Shown: positions 39,639-48,404 of the stretch, piece by piece | Numbering within the stretch: the first letter of the stretch is position 1 | How the letters are laid out: each line of letters starts with the position of its first letter | From: Candidatus Sericytochromatia bacterium | Lineage (GTDB): Bacteria; Cyanobacteriota; Sericytochromatia; S15B-MN24; UBA4093 | Direction: 5' to 3' | DNA length: 64,000 nt | NCBI GenBank assembly: GCA_036676985.1 | Contig: JAKFBU010000076.1 | Location: forward strand, 1-64,000 | Program-made: the position numbers and the translations under genes | Notes under the pieces: generated by a model | What the model was told of the DNA's origin: nothing | Seen by the model: only the letters and a program-made list of their open reading frames with translations | Databases searched by the model: none

Positions 39639-40535
39639 TTAAGACCCGAGGTGGGTGCCGATCTGCTGCAGCAGCTGCTGGCGCAAAGCGGTCTCGTCGG
39701 CGGTGAAGGTGTGCCCGTCCACGTTGTCCGGCCAGATGGGGATGTGCATGGTGGAGGGCACCATTTGCACGCTCAGATCCGACTTGACGCCGTTGCGCAA
39801 CAGCTCGGCGCTCACCGGATCGACCGTGCCGTCCCCGTTGGCTTGGATGACGAGCGTGTTGGCGCCCTCTAGCCGGATGCCCGTGCGGAGGCGCGACTTT
39901 ACGATCTCGGTGAGGTCCACCAGGGACGTGATGGTGGACGCGGGCCGGAAGCGGTACCATTTGCCGACGCTCGCGCCCTCGGGGTTGGTGTCGAGGTACT
40001 TCACGCCGAGCCAGTCGAGCAGGCCCGCGTAGCCCGCGGCCTTGTTCTTGATCTCGACCAGGGGGGCGACGAGCGCGATGCGCCGCGGAGCCGGGCTGAT
40101 CTTGCCGCTCGAGAGGGCCTCGAGGATGAGCGTGCCGCCCGTCGAGGTGCCCAACAGCGCGATGTTGCGGTAGCCCTTGTCCTGCAGCGCCTGGTACTCG
40201 GCGACGATGGGCGCCTGCCAGGTCTTCCAGGTGGACTTCTCGAAGTCCTGGATGTTGGTGCCATGCGCGCCCAGGAGCACCTCGGAGACGAGCATGTTCT
40301 GGCTGCGCAGGTAGTCGACGGCGGGCTTGAGCTCGAAGGTGGTCGCCGTGTAGCCGTGGGCGGCCACCACCACGAGCTGGTCCTTCTGCAACTCGGTCGG
40401 CGCAGGGATCTCCTGGCTCACGAGCTTTGGCGTGACGGTCATGGTTCCGCCGTCGAGGTCCCCGGCCTGGATCGGGTAGGTGGTGCTGCAGCCGGTGAGC
40501 GCACCGATGAGAAGGGCGAAACCGAGACGTCGCAT
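39639..40535 (-). CDS. Alpha/beta hydrolase (esterase/lipase) lipoprotein
   Basis: Lipobox LTGC; HGY, GTSTGG nucleophile elbow, D.TVDP, terminal His. Confidence 0.87.
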   Translation of the reverse strand: MRRLGFALLIGALTGCSTTYPIQAGDLDGGTMTVTPKLVSQEIPAPTELQKDQLVVVAAHGYTATTFELKPAVDYLRSQNMLVSEVLLGAHGTNIQDFEKSTWKTWQAPIVAEYQALQDKGYRNIALLGTSTGGTLILEALSSGKISPAPRRIALVAPLVEIKNKAAGYAGLLDWLGVKYLDTNPEGASVGKWYRFRPASTITSLVDLTEIVKSRLRTGIRLEGANTLVIQANGDGTVDPVSAELLRNGVKSDLSVQMVPSTMHIPIWPDNVDGHTFTADETALRQQLLQQIGTHLGS

Positions 40536-40585
40536 GCCGGGTCCTTTCCTGCGCGGGGAGGGGATGCCGCTACTTTGTACCCGAA

Positions 40586-41077
40586 TTAGAGGGCGAATCC
40601 CGCCTGGATCAGCAGTCGCGGCACACTCCGGGCGTTGGTGACGAACAGGGGCTGGTTCAGGGCGTAGGGCATGGCGATGGGATTGAGCCCCACCCCCACG
40701 GTCGTGGAGTAGCGCCCGAACGTGATCTGGTAGCCCGCGCCCAGGAGGGCCATGGGGTTCCACTCCTGCGGGCTCTGGTCGGAGAGCGTCGTCATGCGGA
40801 TCATGGTGGCGCCCGCCTCCAGGTACGCGCCCAGCTCGTCCCAGGGGAAGTAGCGGAAGGTCCCCGTGATGTTGTTGGCCTGCACGAGCGTGCCCACGGT
40901 GATGGCGTAGCCCACGTTCCCGTAGCGGCTCGCGACGCCCAGGTGCAGCCACTCGGGGTTGCCGAGGCCGACGACCAGCTCGGTGGTGCGGACGGGGGCC
41001 GCAGGGGTCACGGCGGCCGTCACCGAAGCGGTCGCTGCGGGGGGCGTCGGGGGCATGTCGGCGGCTGCGAGCAACAT
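40586..41077 (-). CDS. Hypothetical protein with small beta-barrel-like pattern
   Basis: Alternating beta-strand segments (FRYFP, AYLEAGA, GAGYQ, IQAGFAL). Confidence 0.6.
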   Translation of the reverse strand: MLLAAADMPPTPPAATASVTAAVTPAAPVRTTELVVGLGNPEWLHLGVASRYGNVGYAITVGTLVQANNITGTFRYFPWDELGAYLEAGATMIRMTTLSDQSPQEWNPMALLGAGYQITFGRYSTTVGVGLNPIAMPYALNQPLFVTNARSVPRLLIQAGFAL

Positions 41078-41265
41078 CGTCCGGTCCTTTCGAACAACAG
41101 GAAACGACTCATCCTAGCCGAGCGAGCGCCCGTCGTCCAGCCAGCCCGATCCCTGCCGGGAAGGGGAGGTTAACCTTCGGGAAAGCTTCGGGAAAATGGC
41201 GCAGGGATCGGCTCCGGGGCGCCCATAACCATGGCGTACATCCTGATAACGGCAAGGAGGCGCCC

Positions 41266-42237
41266 ATGCTCGGTCATCGCAAGCTTTCCCTTCTTCTGCT
41301 CGCTGTTTCGCTCGCGTTGCCCGGCTGTGGTGCGGCCCCCGGCCTTCAGGCCTCGGTCGCGTCCGACGTCGCCCTCGATGCCAACGGCCTCCCGATGGAG
41401 GCCCGCACGATCAAGACCGAGATCGGCAACATCACGCTCGGCCTCCTGCCCAACAAGCGTCCCTCGTCCGAGGCCCTGGAAGAGGGCGTCACGGATTACG
41501 AGACGGAGCTTGGCCTCGGCCTGTCGATCCAGGGCACGACCCTGCCCGAGAAGGTCGATTTGAGCTCGTACTTCGGGGCCGTCCGCAACCAGGGAGCGCT
41601 CGGCTCGTGCGCGGCCTTCGCGACGACGAGCATCATGGAGGCGACCCTCAAGATCAAGGGCAAGAAGCGCGACACCCTAGCCCCCCTCTTCTTCTACTAT
41701 GCGACCCGCCAGGCCATGCAGGAGTCGGGCCGCATGGCCAAGGCGACCAAGCGTGACACCGGCTCGTTCATGGACCTCGCGGCCCGCACGGCGGTCAAGG
41801 TCGGCGCGCCCGGCGAGGACATGGTTCCCTATCGCGACGGCAAGCAGGGGCTCGCCTACGATCCGACCGACGACGAGTTCTCGGCGGCCAAGCAGTTCCA
41901 GATGCTCAAGACCAAGCGCGTCTCGACCGTGAAGGGCATGAAGTCGGCGCTGGCGAGCAAGCATCCCATCATCATCGGCGTGCCCCTCTACCAGTCGTTC
42001 ATGACCAAGGAGTTCGCCAAGAGCGGCGAGATGGTGCTGCCCCAGAAGGGCGAGCAGATCATCGGCGGCCACGCGATGGCGATGGTGGGCTACGACGACG
42101 CCAAGGAGTCGTTCATCGTCCGCAACTCGTGGGGCAAGGACTGGGGCAAGGGCGGTTACTTCTACATGCCCTACGAGTACTTCCAGCCCAAGTACATCGG
42201 ACAGCACGGCTACTTCTCGTGCTACATCTTCGACTAA
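41266..42237 (+). CDS. Papain-like (C1 family) cysteine peptidase, lipoprotein
   Basis: Lipobox LPGC; NQGALGSCAAFA, GGHAM, RNSWG..WG..GY. Confidence 0.94.
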   Translation: MLGHRKLSLLLLAVSLALPGCGAAPGLQASVASDVALDANGLPMEARTIKTEIGNITLGLLPNKRPSSEALEEGVTDYETELGLGLSIQGTTLPEKVDLSSYFGAVRNQGALGSCAAFATTSIMEATLKIKGKKRDTLAPLFFYYATRQAMQESGRMAKATKRDTGSFMDLAARTAVKVGAPGEDMVPYRDGKQGLAYDPTDDEFSAAKQFQMLKTKRVSTVKGMKSALASKHPIIIGVPLYQSFMTKEFAKSGEMVLPQKGEQIIGGHAMAMVGYDDAKESFIVRNSWGKDWGKGGYFYMPYEYFQPKYIGQHGYFSCYIFD

Positions 42238-42248
42238 GCTAGTCTCGG

Positions 42249-42278
42249 AGCCCCCGGCGGATCGCCGGGGGCTATTTT
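42249..42278 (+). terminator. Rho-independent terminator
   Basis: AGCCCCCGGCG-gat-CGCCGGGGGCT-ATTTT. Confidence 0.8.
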
Positions 42279-42297
42279 CATGATTCGCCTCTCTTGG

Positions 42298-42326
42298 TTG
42301 CCCTCCCGCGCGATCCTCGGCATAAT
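42298..42326 (+). promoter_or_regulatory. Candidate sigma70 promoter
   Basis: TTGCCC-N17-CATAAT upstream of the 42372 gene. Confidence 0.5.
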
Positions 42327-42371
42327 GAGGGTGGAATTGACCGTTTATCCACTCACGTCTAGAGGAATTCC

Positions 42372-42875
42372 ATGAATCAGTCTCAACGGGAACGCCTCGC
42401 GCTGGTGCTCAGCCGCGCGATGCAAGCAGCCTTGACCGAGAGCCCCGAGCGGGTGCGCGAGGTCCTGGAGGAGACGCTGCGCGAGCTGAGCGGTGGCGAG
42501 CGTCCGGCCCAGGCCCCCCGTCAGGGTCGCGGCGGCCGTCCCCCCCGCGAGCGCGAGCGCGAGCGGGAGTACGAGCCCGAGATCCCCTTCAACGAGGCCG
42601 AGAGCCGCAAGCAGCTCGCCGGCCTCCTGGACGTCCTGGTCATGGCCAGCGGGACCATCGGCCGCTATACTGCCGATCGCCTCGAGCGGAAGATCTTCGG
42701 CGATCGCGCCCGCGGCGCCGAGCGCTGGATGATCAACCAGGGCCTGATCCAGGCGACCGAGGACGGTGCGCTCCAGATCACCGAGGAGGGCCTGCGCTAC
42801 CTCGACAGCAACCGTGAAGGTCGCTTCAAGAGCTACGTCGGCTTCGAGGCCGAGCCCGCATCCCGCGGCGCCTAG
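42372..42875 (+). CDS. Hypothetical protein with C-terminal winged-helix (Mrr N-terminal-like) domain
   Basis: F.DR....RWMINQGLI....G.LQITEEG.RYL pattern; central RG/RE-rich linker; GAGG RBS. Confidence 0.65.
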   Translation: MNQSQRERLALVLSRAMQAALTESPERVREVLEETLRELSGGERPAQAPRQGRGGRPPREREREREYEPEIPFNEAESRKQLAGLLDVLVMASGTIGRYTADRLERKIFGDRARGAERWMINQGLIQATEDGALQITEEGLRYLDSNREGRFKSYVGFEAEPASRGA

Positions 42876-42896
42876 CTCTCCCAGCTCCAGAACCGT

Positions 42897-42926
42897 CGAC
42901 GCGCCCCCGGATCCGGGGGCGCGTCG
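42897..42926. terminator. 30-bp perfect palindrome between convergent genes
   Basis: CGACGCGCCCCCGGATCCGGGGGCGCGTCG. Confidence 0.7.
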
Positions 42927-42928
42927 TC

Positions 42929-43453
42929 TTATCCGTCGCTCGCTTTGTAGAAGAAGGTGAGCGTCAGGTTGGCCACGATCCGGTCGGGATCCTGCGGGTC
43001 GGTCTTGAGGGCCATGCGGTCGAGTCCCATGAGGACCTCCGGCCTCTCCAGCTCCGCGACGAGTTCGCCGATGGCCTCGTAGGACCCTTGCAGCTCGACC
43101 TCCACCCGGCAGGTCGACTCCTCCTGGGACAGGATGCTCGTTCCCACCGGAGTCACGGCATGACGGGTCGTCAGCTTTTCCAGGTAGCTCTGGATGGCGA
43201 GGCTGCTGTTCTCACCCGGCTTCAAGGCGAGGATGGGCGGCAGGGCCTCGCTCCCGGAGCTGCGCTCCGCCGTCACGGCCTCCTGCAGGGCGGCATGGGC
43301 CTCCTGCGACTTGGCGAGCTGCTGCCGCAGCTTGTGCGCCTGGGTGAGCGGGCCGTCGATCAAGAGCATGTAGCCGACGACGAGCTCCAGGAAGAACCCG
43401 AAGCCGATCATCAGGCGGATGTCGCGGGGAGTGAAGCCCGGGGTCTTACTCAT
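42929..43453 (-). CDS. pilO: PilO/GspM-like pilus assembly protein
   Basis: N-terminal TM, coiled coil, VELQGSY..IG..V..LE pattern; position in cluster. Confidence 0.7.
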   Translation of the reverse strand: MSKTPGFTPRDIRLMIGFGFFLELVVGYMLLIDGPLTQAHKLRQQLAKSQEAHAALQEAVTAERSSGSEALPPILALKPGENSSLAIQSYLEKLTTRHAVTPVGTSILSQEESTCRVEVELQGSYEAIGELVAELERPEVLMGLDRMALKTDPQDPDRIVANLTLTFFYKASDG

Positions 43454-44816
43454 GGGCGGCCTCCGCGACGATCTCGAAGCGGAAGACGCGCTGATCTCCC
43501 ACCTGCTGTGCCTCCAGGAGCGGCATGCCCACCTTGGTCAGCGTGGGCAGGTCCTCCAGGGCGCGGGCCATGTCCAGGGGCGACGTGCGGGAGAGGGCAA
43601 AGCCCTTGATCGAGAGCTTTTGATCCGGCTGGATCTCCGTCTCGGTCATCCACGCGTCTCCGGGCGTGACCTCCTGGAGGCTCCGATACAGGGAGCTGCC
43701 GGCACGGGACGAGCCGATCAGGGCGCGGGCCGCCTCGGTGTCGATGCCCTCGTGCCGGTGCTCGGTGACGGCGCTCTGTAGCTGCGCGGTCTCGGTGTCC
43801 AGCCTGATCATGGCCTCGCGGACCGCCCGGAGCTGGCCGTCCAGGAGGAGGCTCACCAGCATGAGCACGATGAGAATGCCCGAAAACGCCCCGATGAGCG
43901 CGAGCTGCCGGTTGCTGAGGCTGCGCTGCTTGGCCTTGGGCAGGGGCAGCACGTTCAGGTTGATCGGGAACTCGTCGCTGCCGAAGTCCGCGGCCCCGCG
44001 CGCGAGGGCCGTCTCCTTGCGATCGTCCAGCCGGGCGAACTCGTGCCCCGGCCAGAGCCGGAGCTGCTCCTCGAGCGTCTCGGGGACGTTGATCAGCTTC
44101 CACGCGGTCACGCCGGCGTCCAGCAAGGAGCGCTGCAGCTCCATGCGGGCGTCCGCGACGGCCTCCTGGTCGCCCTGGGCGATCGCCTCCAAGTCCACGT
44201 AGACCCGGCGCCAGCTGCCGAGGCGCTCCTCATGCCAGACGGAGACGTCGAGGCTATGCGGCAGGGCGAGGATGACGCCCAGGGAGCCCGCCGGCCGGAA
44301 GGCGGCCCGCTGCAGGGCGACGGCCGCGGGCTCGATGTTCAGGAGCTCGACTCCGACGCTCGCAAAGGTCGCGCCGATGGCGTCGATCAGGTCCTTGCGG
44401 AAGGCCGCGACCAGGAGCGCCAGCGAGTTGCCTTCCTGAGACACCACCGCGCAGTCGAAGAACACCTCGGTGCCGTGGAAGATGGTGTAGCGCTCGAGCT
44501 CCGTCAGGATGGCCGTCCGCAGCTCCTCGACCTCGGGCACGTAGGCGAGGGGCAGGTGCAGCTGGCGCAGGAGCCCCCCGTCCACCGCGAGGCGCGCGCG
44601 CACCTTCTTGGAGCCATGGCCGAGGGCCTGGCGGCAGCCTGTGATGGCGTCCTTGAGGGCCTGCTTGTCCAGAAGGTCGAAGCGCGCGGGCTCTTCGGCG
44701 CTCGAGGGGCCGAAGGTGGGGACCTCGAAGGCCTGGTACGAGCTGAGTCCCTCCGGATCGAGGGCCGAGAGCCCGCGGGAGGTCAGCGTGAAGGAGAGGA
44801 GGGGGCGTGTGATCAT
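43446..44816 (-). CDS. PilM-PilN fusion (GspL-like architecture)
   Basis: N-terminal PilM-like region (FFDC..V..LLVAA..D.I...IEPAAVAL.R), INL motif, TM helix, PilN-like P.DAWMT..LSIKGFA. Confidence 0.7.
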   Translation of the reverse strand: MITRPLLSFTLTSRGLSALDPEGLSSYQAFEVPTFGPSSAEEPARFDLLDKQALKDAITGCRQALGHGSKKVRARLAVDGGLLRQLHLPLAYVPEVEELRTAILTELERYTIFHGTEVFFDCAVVSQEGNSLALLVAAFRKDLIDAIGATFASVGVELLNIEPAAVALQRAAFRPAGSLGVILALPHSLDVSVWHEERLGSWRRVYVDLEAIAQGDQEAVADARMELQRSLLDAGVTAWKLINVPETLEEQLRLWPGHEFARLDDRKETALARGAADFGSDEFPINLNVLPLPKAKQRSLSNRQLALIGAFSGILIVLMLVSLLLDGQLRAVREAMIRLDTETAQLQSAVTEHRHEGIDTEAARALIGSSRAGSSLYRSLQEVTPGDAWMTETEIQPDQKLSIKGFALSRTSPLDMARALEDLPTLTKVGMPLLEAQQVGDQRVFRFEIVAEAAHE

Positions 44817-45760
44817 TTCGCCTTGAGCACGTAGGGCTTGGAATGCGTGGTGTCGGAGGCCTCGAACAGGGTCATGGTGAAGGACTCGATTTCCCGTTCG
44901 GCCATGAAGTGGAACTTGATGGTCGCGGACGTGCCCGCGCGGATGGTGAGCGGCCGGTCGAGCACCTCGGGAGCCCCGCCCGATCGGTACTCAGCCTGCC
45001 CGCCGCCCCACGAGCTCGCGTTGTCCGCCGAGAAGTCCATCGCCTTGATATACCCGCCGGCCTTGTGATCGTCCCAGGCGGCCGCAAAGGCGCCGATCTC
45101 GAGATCCTTGCCCGAGCCGTTCTCGAAGGAGAACGCTACGTGGACGGAGTGGTGCCAGTTCTGGTCGTCGCCCCAGGTCGTCCAGTCGGCGGTGGGCGTC
45201 AGGGCGCGTGCCGTGGCCGGCTCGCGCATCACGGCCGACACCGCCGGGGGTGTCTGGGTGGAGCCCGTGCTCTTGCTCTTCAGGCGCAGTTGCCCGAGCT
45301 CCAGCCGCCGGGCCTCGTCGTTGGTCTTGGGGACGCCGTTGTTGAGGGTGTAGTAGGCGAAGCGCCCGTCCTCGACCGTGAAGATCGCCGGATCGATCAC
45401 GTCCTGCCAGGTGCCGGGCGGGGTGGCCGCCGTCGCGCTCTCGCCGCGCTGGAGCTTGCCTTCGGCGATGCGCCAGGTGACGAAGGTGAAGGTCGTGAGC
45501 GACGTCGGCTGCCGCAAGGTGACTGCGGAGGCCTGGCTCAGGAGGCTCGTCATGTGGGTGGACGCGCGCACGTCCTCGGTGAAGCGCGAGAGCACCACGG
45601 CCCCGTCCTGCTGGCTGTAGAGGCTGTCCTGGCTGTCCCGACGCGCCATCTGGCTCTTGTAGACGAGCGCTCCGAGCGGCACGACCATGATGGCGAAGAT
45701 GCCGATGGCGACCATCAGCTCGAGGACGGTGACGCCGCGTTCATGGGGGCGAGGGCGCAT
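44813..45760 (-). CDS. Minor pilin/pseudopilin (PilW/GspJ-like)
   Basis: Class III signal ERG|VTVLELMVAIGIF. Confidence 0.82.
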   Translation of the reverse strand: MRPRPHERGVTVLELMVAIGIFAIMVVPLGALVYKSQMARRDSQDSLYSQQDGAVVLSRFTEDVRASTHMTSLLSQASAVTLRQPTSLTTFTFVTWRIAEGKLQRGESATAATPPGTWQDVIDPAIFTVEDGRFAYYTLNNGVPKTNDEARRLELGQLRLKSKSTGSTQTPPAVSAVMREPATARALTPTADWTTWGDDQNWHHSVHVAFSFENGSGKDLEIGAFAAAWDDHKAGGYIKAMDFSADNASSWGGGQAEYRSGGAPEVLDRPLTIRAGTSATIKFHFMAEREIESFTMTLFEASDTTHSKPYVLKAK

Positions 45761-46143
45761 CAGGGGGCCTCCTTTGCGGTCAAGGACACCAGCTCGACGA
45801 TCGGGGCGTCGCCGCCACGGGGGGTGACCGTCACCACCGCGCGGCGCAAGCTGCTCGTCGTCAGAGGAGCGGGAAGGGGCTCGGGGGTGAGGGTGAGGGC
45901 GTACTGGAGCCCGGAGTCGACCTCGATGCCGCTGGTGGCGACCTGCTGGTCGTACGAGACGTCCCGCACGTTCGATTCGAGCACCCGCTGCGCCAGGGCC
46001 ATGGCCTTGGAGCGCTGCTCCGCGGCCGAGGTCGCCTGGGCGGCCGCGAGCCACATGTTGGCCGTGGGCACCAGCGCGATGCTCACGATGCCGAGGGCGA
46101 GGGTCACCTCGATCAGGGTCATGCCCGCTTGGCCCGTTCTCAT
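45760..46143 (-). CDS. Minor pilin/pseudopilin (PilV/GspI-like)
   Basis: Class III signal QAG|MTLIEVTLALGI. Confidence 0.82.
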   Translation of the reverse strand: MRTGQAGMTLIEVTLALGIVSIALVPTANMWLAAAQATSAAEQRSKAMALAQRVLESNVRDVSYDQQVATSGIEVDSGLQYALTLTPEPLPAPLTTSSLRRAVVTVTPRGGDAPIVELVSLTAKEAP

Positions 46144-46526
46144 GGGATCTCCCACATCAGGATCCGGCCGCCCGAGGTGAAGGCCCGGGCGGTGGCCTGG
46201 TAGGCGTCGCCCTTGACCACCGCGCTGCCGGTGCTCGAGATCCAGGAGTCCGAGCCGATCGTGGCCTCGTAGGTGATGAACATGCCGTTGGCATCTCGCA
46301 GCGCGGTGACGGGGACGTCGCTCTTGGCATCGAGCGCCGCGTAGATGCCGGACTCCGCCGCGTAGACGGCCTGCAGGCGGGCGTGCTCCGCTGTGAGGCG
46401 GTGGGCATGGCTGAGCTGGGCCGAGGCGAAGGCCACCGACGCGGACAGGAACACGAAAACGACCAGCGAGAGGAGCAGGAGGATCGACCCCTGCTCGGAG
46501 CGGCGATCGCGTGAGCGTTTGCTCAC
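46140..46526 (-). CDS. Minor pilin (PilX/GspK-like)
   Basis: EQG|SILLLL (no Glu5), QAVYAAESG, ISSTG; C-terminal part of the track ORF 46140..48251; start uncertain. Confidence 0.75.
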   Translation of the reverse strand: MSKRSRDRRSEQGSILLLLSLVVFVFLSASVAFASAQLSHAHRLTAEHARLQAVYAAESGIYAALDAKSDVPVTALRDANGMFITYEATIGSDSWISSTGSAVVKGDAYQATARAFTSGGRILMWEIP

Positions 46527-46661
46527 GACAGGCGATTGTTCTTCGGGGTGATGTGAAGAAATACTCACGATCGACGTTTCCGAGTGCAAAAACGGCTTAA
46601 AACGAGGCCTGCCAACGTATAATACCACCGCAACCGCTTGTTTGACGCATTGGAGCTCTAA

Positions 46662-48404
46662 ATGGACCCGGTTAAACCCCCCATTTTTCCAATCGCTCGT
46701 AAGCTTGGGGAATTGCTCATGGAGGCGGGGCTCATCGATGTCCCGCGGCTCGAGCGGGCGCTTTCCGAGAGCCGGCAGACCGGTGAGCCGGTGGGCAAGA
46801 TCCTGCTCAAGCACGGCTGGGTGACCGAAGAGCAGCTCGGACAGGCCCTCAGCGCCCAGGCCGGCACCAGCTACGTCAAGATCGGCGATCGCGAGTTCAA
46901 CCAGGATCTGCTCGGGCTCTTCCCGCACGAGTTCTGCGCCCGCCGCAAGGTCCTGCCCCTGAGCGTCCAGCAGGGCGTGCTGCTGGTCGCCATGGTGCAC
47001 CCCAACGACGTGCAGACGCTCGACGAGATCTACCTGCTCACGGGCCTCAAGCCCAAGCCGCTCGTCACCACGAGCAAGGAGTTCGACGACTCCTTCGCCG
47101 CGCTCATGAGCGGGGTGCAGGGGCAGGTCTCCGAGGTGATCGCGACGCTGCGGCAGGAGGTCGCCGAGGACAGCGCGACGCCTCCTCAGCAGCGCCTCGC
47201 CGACGAGCTCGCCGTCGAGGACCAGCCCGTCGTGCGCTTGCTCAACTCCATCCTGTCGGACGCGATCGCCCGCGGCGCCTCGGACGTCCACATGGAGGCG
47301 CGCGAGAAGTGCCTGCGGGTGCGGTTCCGGGTGGACGGCATCATGATCGACGCCACCGACATCCCCAAGGACCTGGAGGCCCTGACCCTCAGCCGCCTCA
47401 AGATCATGGCGAGCCTCGACATCGCCGAGAAGCGCAAGCCCCAGGACGGCCGCAGCCGGGTCTCGGTGGCGGGCCGCCAGTACGACCTGCGCGTCAACCT
47501 CATCCCCAACATCTGGGGCGAGAAGGCGGTCATCCGGATCCTGCGGCCGGCCATGCTCTTCGGCGGCATGCAGAACCTCGGCCTCTACCCGGACGTCTAC
47601 CAGCGCCTGCGCGGCCTCATCGAGGCGCCGCACGGCATCGTGCTCGCCACCGGCCCCACGGGCTCCGGCAAGACGACCACCCTCTACTCGGCCCTCTACG
47701 AGCTCAACTCGACCGAGCGCAACATCCTGACGGTCGAGGATCCGGTGGAGTACCCGCTGGAGGGCGTCTCCCAGACCCAGGTCCAGCCCAAGGCGGGCAT
47801 GTCCTTCGCCGATGCCCTGCGCGCCATGCTGCGCCAGGACCCGGACGTCATCATGGTCGGCGAGATCCGGGACCAGGAGACGCTCGACGCCGCGGTCTAC
47901 GCGGCCCTGACGGGCCACCTGGTGCTCTCGACCATCCATGCCAACGACGCCACCAGCACGCCCACCCGCATGATGGAGATGGGGCTCGCGCCCTACCTGC
48001 TCACCTCGGCGGTGCGGGGCATCATCGCGCAGCGCCTGATTCGCCGCCTCTGCCCCCATTGCCGGGAGCCCCATCGGATGGAGCACGGCCCGGCGCCGCT
48101 CGTCGGCCTCACCATGTACCGGGGCCGGGGCTGCGCGCGCTGCCGGGAGACGGGGTTCCATGGCCGGGTGCCGCTCTTCGAGGTCATGACCATGAACGAG
48201 GCCATCGAGGACCTGATCAACCAGGGCGCTCCCGCCCAGCGCATCCGGCATGCGGCCCTGCAGAGCGGCATGCTGGGGCTCGCCGACGACGCCCTGCGCA
48301 AGATCCAGGACGGCATCACGACGCCCGCCGAGGTGGCGCGCGCGCTCGGTCCCTTGTGGATAGACGATCTATGCCCAGCTTCCGTTACCGGGTCGTCGAC
48401 CTAG
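46662..48404 (+). CDS. pilB: Type IV pilus/T2SS extension ATPase (PilB/GspE) with MshEN-like N-terminus
   Basis: GPTGSGKTTT, TVEDPVEY, LRQDPD..MVGEIRD, TGHLVLST.H, CPHC/CARC. Confidence 0.95.
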   Translation: MDPVKPPIFPIARKLGELLMEAGLIDVPRLERALSESRQTGEPVGKILLKHGWVTEEQLGQALSAQAGTSYVKIGDREFNQDLLGLFPHEFCARRKVLPLSVQQGVLLVAMVHPNDVQTLDEIYLLTGLKPKPLVTTSKEFDDSFAALMSGVQGQVSEVIATLRQEVAEDSATPPQQRLADELAVEDQPVVRLLNSILSDAIARGASDVHMEAREKCLRVRFRVDGIMIDATDIPKDLEALTLSRLKIMASLDIAEKRKPQDGRSRVSVAGRQYDLRVNLIPNIWGEKAVIRILRPAMLFGGMQNLGLYPDVYQRLRGLIEAPHGIVLATGPTGSGKTTTLYSALYELNSTERNILTVEDPVEYPLEGVSQTQVQPKAGMSFADALRAMLRQDPDVIMVGEIRDQETLDAAVYAALTGHLVLSTIHANDATSTPTRMMEMGLAPYLLTSAVRGIIAQRLIRRLCPHCREPHRMEHGPAPLVGLTMYRGRGCARCRETGFHGRVPLFEVMTMNEAIEDLINQGAPAQRIRHAALQSGMLGLADDALRKIQDGITTPAEVARALGPLWIDDLCPASVTGSST

